A DNA stretch of 64,000 nucleotides. Source: Henriciella sp. Its GTDB lineage: Bacteria; Pseudomonadota; Alphaproteobacteria; Caulobacterales; Hyphomonadaceae. Location: NCBI GenBank assembly GCA_965215955.1, contig OZ244132.1, forward strand, positions 1,452,323-1,516,322. Direction: 5' to 3'. A program made the translations under genes and the position numbers. Under the pieces are notes generated by a model. It ran no database searches, had not been told where the DNA came from, and saw only the letters and a list, made by a program, of their open reading frames with translations. This document shows positions 57,422 through 64,000 of this stretch, piece by piece; the stretch's first letter is position 1, and each line of letters opens with the position of its first letter.

Positions 57422-58911
57422 CGATCGATAAACGCCTCGTGCGACGGCATGGCTTCCACCGCCTGCGACATCGCTTGGCGGATCGCACGCATCCGATCCT
57501 GCACCGGAACATCGCCGCGATGATGGGTCAGCGCCGGTGCGCGCTCTGGGACAATATCCTGGCCGAGATAGACGGCGATCCAGCTCGGATTGTGGAACAG
57601 TTCGCGTTCGTCAGAGACGACCATCCCGTGCGACCGGAAATGATCAATTTTATATTGTAGTCGATCCGGGATCGGCATGTTCGCGCAATAGCGCCAGAAC
57701 TCTGAATCGTCACGCTGGGTTGCGGTATAATGCAGGATCAAGAAGTCTCGGATGCGCTCATACTCGGAAATGGTGAGCGCATTGTATTCATCGGCAAGAA
57801 GCGGTGACATGGTCTTGCTTGGGAACAAAGCCAGTAGCCTCATGATGCCGTATTGGATCAAATGTAGGCTGGTCGATTCCAGGGGCTCCATAAAGCCAGC
57901 TGAGAGGCCGATCGCGACACAATTCTTGTTCCAGAACTTGTTGCGGCGGCCGGTCACAAAACGCAGGTGTTTTGGGTCAGCGGTTGGCGCGCCGTCCAGC
58001 GAAGAGAGCAGGGTGTCTTCCGCCTGATCGGCTTCGAGATACTCGCTGCAATAGACATAGCCATTGCCCGTTCGGTGCTGCAGCGGAATACGCCATTGCC
58101 ATCCGGCACTCTTCGCCGTGGATTTCGTATACGGAAGGATATCGAATGACTTTTCACATGGCACAGCGACCGCGCGATTGCATGGCAGCCAGTGTGACCA
58201 ATCTTCGTAACCGGTCTCAAGTGTTTTTTCGATCAACAGCCCGAAGAAGCCTGAGCAATCGATAAACAGATCCGCTGCAAACTCGCGTCCGTCTTCCATC
58301 GTGACGGACTTCAGAAAACCGTTTTCGGGAAGCTGCTGTGCTGAAGTAACGCGTCCCTCGATGCGGCTCACACCGCGCGCTTCAGCATATTTGCGCAAAT
58401 AGGCGGCATAGAGCGTCGCATCGAAATGGTAGGCATAGTCGAAGCGAGATTGAACGTTGCGTCGATCAGCGAGTGGATGCGAGAACTTTCCGGCCTTCGA
58501 GGCTGCCCAAGCCATCGAATATTCATCGATCGGGATTTGGTCGCCGTTCAGGTGCTCGTGCATCCAATGTTGATAAAAAGGCACGTGGTCAAACTCAGCG
58601 CCGTAATGCCCGAACGGATGGAAATAAGCGTGGCCGATGCGGGACCAGTCAATGAATTCAATGCCGAGCTTGAACGAGCCATGCGTCTCACGAACGAAGG
58701 TGGCTTCGTCGATACCCAAACGTTGGTTGAAGTATCGGATCGGCGGGATGGTCGCTTCACCGACGCCAACCGTGCCGATGGCTTCAGACTCGATCAGAGT
58801 AATCTCACAACTTGTGCCCAAGTCATTAGCGAGCGCAGCAGCCGTCATCCAGCCAGCGGAGCCACCGCCAACGATCACAATTTTCTCTATCTGACTGTTC
58901 TGAATCGCCAT
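57397..58911 (-). CDS. Tryptophan-halogenase-family flavoprotein, copy 2 (likely start 58911)
   Basis: VGGGSAGW, GVGEATIP, GSFKLGIEF, WQWRIPLQHRTGNG, GFMEPLESTS. Confidence 0.92.
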   Translation of the reverse strand: MAIQNSQIEKIVIVGGGSAGWMTAAALANDLGTSCEITLIESEAIGTVGVGEATIPPIRYFNQRLGIDEATFVRETHGSFKLGIEFIDWSRIGHAYFHPFGHYGAEFDHVPFYQHWMHEHLNGDQIPIDEYSMAWAASKAGKFSHPLADRRNVQSRFDYAYHFDATLYAAYLRKYAEARGVSRIEGRVTSAQQLPENGFLKSVTMEDGREFAADLFIDCSGFFGLLIEKTLETGYEDWSHWLPCNRAVAVPCEKSFDILPYTKSTAKSAGWQWRIPLQHRTGNGYVYCSEYLEADQAEDTLLSSLDGAPTADPKHLRFVTGRRNKFWNKNCVAIGLSAGFMEPLESTSLHLIQYGIMRLLALFPSKTMSPLLADEYNALTISEYERIRDFLILHYTATQRDDSEFWRYCANMPIPDRLQYKIDHFRSHGMVVSDERELFHNPSWIAVYLGQDIVPERAPALTHHRGDVPVQDRMRAIRQAMSQAVEAMPSHEAFIDRYCKSALQ

Positions 58912-59041
58912 TCGCTTCCTGTCGCGATTTTCAATTTTTCGCACCTTCTCACTATTGCAAACTGTAGCGGTTTTTTAAAGTGCGATAAGTTGGTAGGCTC
59001 CAGATAAAGAGCTCTGTTTTTATTGGAAATTCACCTTGGGT

Positions 59042-59731
59042 ATGTTTGAGCAGAATTTATCGAAATCCACCCAGACATCGATTGGTGCGGAACGCACGAA
59101 TATCATCCAGGTTTCCGACTTTTTCAAAACACCCGAATTGGTTGTTGAGGCCGCCTCAAGCCATCGTTATGCGCACATCAATCCGCACTATCCGGGTATC
59201 CGCGCGAGTGTTGAGCCCGCTTTGCTTGCTGGACTCTGTGACGCGGTTTCATCCCTCATCGCAGTCGAAGCCGGGACTGAAAAGCACCCCTGGGAGGGGC
59301 AGGCCTGGTACTCAATTGTGACCCACCCGAAAGAGCGGCTGGCCCCGATTCAGCGCTTGCCGCACTTTGATGGGTTTGATGAAGATCAGCTCGCCGTGAT
59401 GATCTATCTAAACAGAACACCGCATGGTGGGACCGGATTTTACCGGCACCTCTCGACCGGGTTTGAGCGGGTCACCGAGGCGCGGTATCCGGGGTACAAA
59501 ACAGCGCTAGAGAGTGACGTTCAAAAGTCTGGCCTACCGCCTGCGAGATACATCGAGGACGGCGCTCCGCATTTTGAAAAATTCTTCGAAAGCGATGCGC
59601 GATTCAACAGCCTCATCCTTTATCCAGGAACAAGCCTGCATAGCGGTGTCATTGACAATCAGGCCGCTTTGCCAGCGGATGCGAAAGCAGGACGTCTAAC
59701 GATCAACGGATTTTTTCGACCAAAGCGATAA
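59042..59731 (+). CDS. DUF6445-like protein, probable Fe(II)/2-oxoglutarate oxygenase fold
   Basis: YPGIRA, IQRLPHFDG (HxD), MIYL...GGTGFYRH, LHSG, GRLTINGFF. Confidence 0.75.
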   Translation: MFEQNLSKSTQTSIGAERTNIIQVSDFFKTPELVVEAASSHRYAHINPHYPGIRASVEPALLAGLCDAVSSLIAVEAGTEKHPWEGQAWYSIVTHPKERLAPIQRLPHFDGFDEDQLAVMIYLNRTPHGGTGFYRHLSTGFERVTEARYPGYKTALESDVQKSGLPPARYIEDGAPHFEKFFESDARFNSLILYPGTSLHSGVIDNQAALPADAKAGRLTINGFFRPKR

Positions 59732-59815
59732 ACTTCTCGCGCTGGAGCCAACTCTACACTTTGCAAGCTAGTCTAATGTGTTAGCGTGCCGCAAAATTGG
59801 TTGGCGGAGGACCCC

Positions 59816-62800
59816 ATGACAGCGTTACGCGGATTGGTCGGAATTTTAATTGCAATGGCTTTGTCATTGCCGGTGTTTGCACAAAGCGACAAAAAGGAAG
59901 ATGACGCGCCATTGTCGAGCGCGACGTTCGAAGCGTTTAAGCTGCGCAATATCGGCCCGGCATTCATGTCCGGTCGGATCGCCGACATTCACATTGTCCC
60001 TGAGCATCCTGCAACTTGGTATGTTGCGGTTGGATCCGGCGGCGTTTGGAAAACCGAAAATGCGGGTACGACGTGGACGTCCTTGTTTGACGGGCAGGGC
60101 TCTTACTCAATCGGCGCGCTCGGCGCGGATCCGTCTGACCCCAACCGCATCTGGGTCGGCACCGGCGAAAATCACGGTGGCCGGCACAATGGCTTTGGCG
60201 ACGGGATCTACAAATCAGATGATGGCGGTGCGACCTGGGAGAAAAAAGGTCTGGACGCGTCAGAGCATATTTCGAAAATCATCGTGCACCCAGAAGACCC
60301 GGATACGCTTTGGGTGGCGTCGCAAGGCCCGCTTTGGTCTCCGGGCGGTGAACGCGGTGTGTTTAAGACAACCGATGGCGGCGAGACTTGGACGAACACT
60401 CTGTCCTCTGGTGAGTATACCGGGGCAACAGACCTTCTGATTGATCCGCGCAATCCAGACCGTCTCTACGCGGCGATGTGGCAGCACCACCGTACCGTCG
60501 CAGCGTATGTTGGCGGCGGCCCCGAAAGTGGCTTGTGGAAATCTGAAGATGGCGGTGAGACTTGGACCGAACTCGAAACAGGCCTGCCAACCGACAATAT
60601 GGGCAAGATTGGCATGGCGATTTCGCCAATCAATCCAGATGTTCTGTACGCTGCCATCGAGCTCGATTTGCGAGAAGGCGGCGTCTGGAAGTCCGTGGAT
60701 CGCGGCGCCAGCTGGGAGAAGATGTCTGACACCGTGAGTGGCGGTACTGGCCCTCACTATTATCAGGAACTATACGCCAGCCCGCACTATTTCGATCGTA
60801 TCTATCTAGTCTCCAATACCAGCCAGATTTCTAATGATGGCGGGGCCACTTGGAGCGATCTGAACAATGAATACAAGCACGTAGATGATCACGCGATTGC
60901 GTTCCGTCCAGATGATCCAGACTATATTATGTTTGGCTCAGATGGCGGGCTATATGAGAGCTACGACCATACAAAGACCTGGCGCTTTATCGACAATCTG
61001 CCGGTGACGCAGTTCTATAAAGTTGCGGTCGATGATGCAGAACCATTCTATAATGTTTATGGCGGCACACAGGATAACAATTCCCAAGGTGGTCCGTCTC
61101 GAACCGACAATGTTCAAGGCATTCGCAACTCAGATTGGTTCGTCACGCTGTGGGGCGATGGTCACCAATCCGCAACGGAACCTGGCAATCCAGATATCAT
61201 GTATGCGCAATGGCAGCAGGGCAATCTGACCCGCGTCGACCGGACCACGGGTGAGTTCGTCTATATCAAGCCGCAACCTCTGCCGGGCGACCCGATTGAA
61301 CGCTGGAATTGGGATGCTCCAATTTGGGTGAGCCAACACGAACCGACACGCCTCTACTTTGCGTCGCAGCGGGTTTGGCGCTCAGACGATCGCGGTGACA
61401 GCTGGACACCGATTTCGGGTGACCTCACGCGCGATGAAGACCGTTTGAAACTTCCCGTTCAAGGCCGTCAGTGGAGTTGGGAAGCGGGCTGGGACATCTA
61501 TGCCATGTCTCAGTACAACACGATCACGTCGCTGGGTGAGTCACCGCTCAACGAAAACCTGATCTATGCCGGCACCGATGATGGCTTGATCCAGGTCACT
61601 GAGGATGGTGGAAGCACGTGGACGCGTCTCGAAGTTGGTCGCCTTCCGGGTGTTCCCGACACAGCCTTCGTCAATGATATTCGGGCTGACTTGTTTGATG
61701 AAAACACGGTCTATATCGCGCTCGATAATCACAAATATGGTGACTACAAACCGTACCTTCTCAAGAGTACCAATCGCGGTCGCACCTGGCGAAGCATTTC
61801 CAGCAATCTTGATGAGCGGAATTTGGTTTGGCGCGTTGTGCAAGACCACGAGAATCCGAATCTGCTGTTCATCGCCACGGAGTTCGGGCTGTTCTTCACG
61901 CTTGATGGCGGTGAAAAGTGGATTGAGCTGACCGGCGATGCGCCCACGATTGCGTTCCGGGATGTCACGATCCAGCGCCGCGAGAACGACCTTGTCGCGG
62001 CGAGCTTCGGACGCGGCTTCTTCATTATCGATGATATCTCTCCGCTCCGCACATTGAGCGAAGAAAGCCTGGAAGAGGAAGCGCTCCTATTCCCTGGCCG
62101 GACGGCGCATTGGTATATTGAGCAGCCATCGCTCGCCTTCTCTGAAGGTGGTTCGCAGGGGCACGGATATTTCCGCGCGCCCAACCCACCATTTGGCGCA
62201 AACTTCACTTACTATTTGGCGGAAGACATTCAGTCGCTTCAAGAAGTTCGCGTCGAAGCAGAAGAGCCGCTGATCGAAAAAGGCGAGGATACTCCTTTCC
62301 CAGGATTCGATGCGATCACCGCCGAATTGCAGGAAACCGAGCCGACCATTTGGCTCACGGTTCGGGACTCCAATGGCGCCGTTGTTCGCCGCTTGAAAGG
62401 ACCAGCCAAGAAAGGCTTCCACCGCGTGAATTGGGATCTGCGTTATCCGTACACCGCATCCGTTGCCATCGACGATAGTGTCGAGGAGGAGCCAACCGGC
62501 TATCTCGTCGCGCCTGGGGAGTACACGGTCTCCATGTCGAAACGCGTCCGCGGTCAAACGACAGAGCTTGTCGGGCAGAAATCGTTCACGGTGAAACGCC
62601 TGCGTGAAGGCGCATTGCCAGCTCGAGGAAATGCGTCCGAATTCTGGGCGGAAGTTTCCGAGTTCGATCGCGCCGTGACGGCGGTTTCTATGACGGTTGG
62701 TCAGCTCGAGAACAAAATCCAACTGCTCGCGCTGGCAACACAGCGCGCTGCGGGCGGAAACCCAGAGACGCTGGACAATCGTTTGCAGCGTATTCTTCAG

Positions 62801-63088
62801 GAAGCCAATGCGGTCTCTGAACTGGTCAATGGCAACGAGGCGCGCAACGCGATCTTTGAACGGACGCAGCCAACGGTTCGTAGCCGCTTGGGATTTGTCA
62901 TGACCGGTGTTGGACGCTCAACTTATGGACCAACGCCGACCCATAGACAGCAATTGGACATTGCAAAATCTGAGTTCGAGGCGATCAAGCAGCGCGTTTC
63001 CACACTCGTTGATGTCACGATCCCAGCGTTCGAAGATGAGTTGATTGCGGCAGGCGCTCCATGGGTGCCAGGGGCGAAAATCCCATAG
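59816..63088 (+). CDS. Large secreted Asp-box/BNR (VPS10/sortilin-like beta-propeller) protein, putative glycoside hydrolase (likely start 59816)
   Basis: RBS GGAGG, signal peptide, about 11 S/T-x-D-G-G-x-T-W-type repeats (e.g. KSDDGGATW, KTTDGGETW, RSDDRGDSW) and a helical C-terminus. Confidence 0.85.
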   Translation: MTALRGLVGILIAMALSLPVFAQSDKKEDDAPLSSATFEAFKLRNIGPAFMSGRIADIHIVPEHPATWYVAVGSGGVWKTENAGTTWTSLFDGQGSYSIGALGADPSDPNRIWVGTGENHGGRHNGFGDGIYKSDDGGATWEKKGLDASEHISKIIVHPEDPDTLWVASQGPLWSPGGERGVFKTTDGGETWTNTLSSGEYTGATDLLIDPRNPDRLYAAMWQHHRTVAAYVGGGPESGLWKSEDGGETWTELETGLPTDNMGKIGMAISPINPDVLYAAIELDLREGGVWKSVDRGASWEKMSDTVSGGTGPHYYQELYASPHYFDRIYLVSNTSQISNDGGATWSDLNNEYKHVDDHAIAFRPDDPDYIMFGSDGGLYESYDHTKTWRFIDNLPVTQFYKVAVDDAEPFYNVYGGTQDNNSQGGPSRTDNVQGIRNSDWFVTLWGDGHQSATEPGNPDIMYAQWQQGNLTRVDRTTGEFVYIKPQPLPGDPIERWNWDAPIWVSQHEPTRLYFASQRVWRSDDRGDSWTPISGDLTRDEDRLKLPVQGRQWSWEAGWDIYAMSQYNTITSLGESPLNENLIYAGTDDGLIQVTEDGGSTWTRLEVGRLPGVPDTAFVNDIRADLFDENTVYIALDNHKYGDYKPYLLKSTNRGRTWRSISSNLDERNLVWRVVQDHENPNLLFIATEFGLFFTLDGGEKWIELTGDAPTIAFRDVTIQRRENDLVAASFGRGFFIIDDISPLRTLSEESLEEEALLFPGRTAHWYIEQPSLAFSEGGSQGHGYFRAPNPPFGANFTYYLAEDIQSLQEVRVEAEEPLIEKGEDTPFPGFDAITAELQETEPTIWLTVRDSNGAVVRRLKGPAKKGFHRVNWDLRYPYTASVAIDDSVEEEPTGYLVAPGEYTVSMSKRVRGQTTELVGQKSFTVKRLREGALPARGNASEFWAEVSEFDRAVTAVSMTVGQLENKIQLLALATQRAAGGNPETLDNRLQRILQEANAVSELVNGNEARNAIFERTQPTVRSRLGFVMTGVGRSTYGPTPTHRQQLDIAKSEFEAIKQRVSTLVDVTIPAFEDELIAAGAPWVPGAKIP

Positions 63089-63150
63089 GCACGGGGCACC
63101 CCTCGCTCTGATCAAACTGACGCAAAGAAAATCTGATCGGTCGATAAAGA

Positions 63151-63678
63151 ATGAAGCTGAATGCAAAGCGCTTGCTGCGCCAAATCCACTATTGGCTATC
63201 GCTTGCGGTGGCTGTGCCCGCGGGGATCATTTTCGTCGCGGGTATCTTTCTGATGCTGAAGAAAGAGATCGCATGGATTCAACCGCCGACCGTGTCTGGG
63301 GTGGTCTCCGATCAATTGCCTGAGGTGAGCTTCGATCAGATGCTGGACGCCGCCCGCGCGCATCCTGAAGCGCAGATTCAAACCTGGTCCGATATCGATC
63401 GGATTGATCTGCGTGTCGGCAAGGGCGTTGCCAAGCTACGAGCGGTTTCGGGCTGGGAAGTCCAGGTCGACACGAACACGGGTGAGGTCTTGAACGTTGC
63501 CTATCGACGATCAGATTTGATTGAGCAGATCCATGATGGATCGTTCTTTTCGGATGCTGTGAAACTCTACATCTTTTTGCCGACAGGGATCTTGCTGATC
63601 CTGATGTGGGGCACAGGACTATATCTGTTTTTCCTGCCGCGTTTTCGAAAGAAGAAGCGTCCGAAGCCGCAAACGTGA
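63151..63678 (+). CDS. PepSY-associated TM-helix protein
   Basis: RQIHYWLS TM1, a periplasmic PepSY-like segment (EVQVDTNTGEVL), DLIEQIHDG, C-terminal TM with a basic tail. Confidence 0.85.
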   Translation: MKLNAKRLLRQIHYWLSLAVAVPAGIIFVAGIFLMLKKEIAWIQPPTVSGVVSDQLPEVSFDQMLDAARAHPEAQIQTWSDIDRIDLRVGKGVAKLRAVSGWEVQVDTNTGEVLNVAYRRSDLIEQIHDGSFFSDAVKLYIFLPTGILLILMWGTGLYLFFLPRFRKKKRPKPQT

Positions 63679-63685
63679 TGGCTGG

Positions 63686-64000
63686 CTAAAGTTTGAACCT
63701 TAGCCGAAACCGCAACTCAAAATCGGCTGCAGCTTCGCTGACACCCGTCAGCGCATTCAGGCGATAGCTGACTTGCTCATTGAGGTTTCCCTTCAACACG
63801 CCGCCAATTGAGTGGCGCTGGGTATTAAATGAGCCAAACTCGGACGTGGTGTTGTATCGGTTGAACGTTTGCGCTCCGGCCCGGCCTCCTGAAGGGAGGC
63901 GCCATGTCGCTTCAAAGCGTGACTCCAGCGCGAGACCAGAGTCGCGGTCGTCGCCGAACTCTCTCGAAGCGAGCCCAATTGCTCTGAGCTCCGGTCCGGT
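63686..64000 (-). CDS. 3' end of a probable outer-membrane beta-barrel protein (runs off the right edge)
   Basis: Not in the ORF track. Open minus frame from 64000: ...SRFEATWRLP...HSIGGVLKG...SYRLNALTGV...DFELRFRLRFKL*. Alternating hydrophobic pattern typical of beta-strands. Confidence 0.55.
   Translation of the reverse strand, partial: TGPELRAIGLASREFGDDRDSGLALESRFEATWRLPSGGRAGAQTFNRYNTTSEFGSFNTQRHSIGGVLKGNLNEQVSYRLNALTGVSEAAADFELRFRLRFKL

Noticed and set aside
55913-58911. Pyrrolnitrin- or rebeccamycin-type biosynthetic cluster
   Set aside because: There are no prnB/C/D, rebO/D, flavin reductase, NRPS or PKS genes in the window.
1-64000. CRISPR arrays, IS elements/integrases, tRNA/rRNA, prophage or a compositionally foreign island
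   Set aside because: I saw no spaced direct-repeat array, transposase/integrase motifs, cloverleaf or rRNA signatures. Composition looks uniform by eye; GC and codon statistics were not computed.

Overview
This 64 kb window is densely coding bacterial DNA. Gene content (TonB-dependent receptors, a RamB-controlled aceBA operon, a Caulobacter-like mal locus) suggests a marine alphaproteobacterium of the Hyphomonadaceae/Caulobacterales type; this is an inference, not a database result. From left to right it holds: (1) a BCCT transporter divergent from a TonB receptor, TPR-sulfotransferase and EctR-like MarR module, followed by an orphan GH2 beta-galactosidase; (2) ramB-aceB-aceA (glyoxylate shunt); (3) housekeeping and lipid genes, including peroxiredoxin, SPFH/NfeD, MlaC, an aspartic protease, a degenerate CobT, an acyl-CoA dehydrogenase pair and a crotonase; (4) a tripartite RND pump whose operon ends in a methyltransferase and converges on a GT4 - methyltransferase - (alpha/alpha)6 hydrolase operon; (5) acs; (6) a complete alpha-glucan/maltodextrin utilisation locus with five predicted lipoprotein enzymes; (7) two tail-to-tail tryptophan-halogenase-like genes, a DUF6445-type oxygenase, a large Asp-box protein and a PepSY-TM protein. 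The best candidate for an undescribed system is 32327-36008. These four genes match in number, type and recalled motifs the mycobacterial 3-O-methylmannose polysaccharide (MMP) cluster (ManT, MeT1, MmpH, MeT3), here in a proteobacterium and physically coupled to an RND exporter. I found no rRNA, tRNA, CRISPR array, transposase or integrase. All family calls are from motif recognition by eye; no alignments or searches were run.
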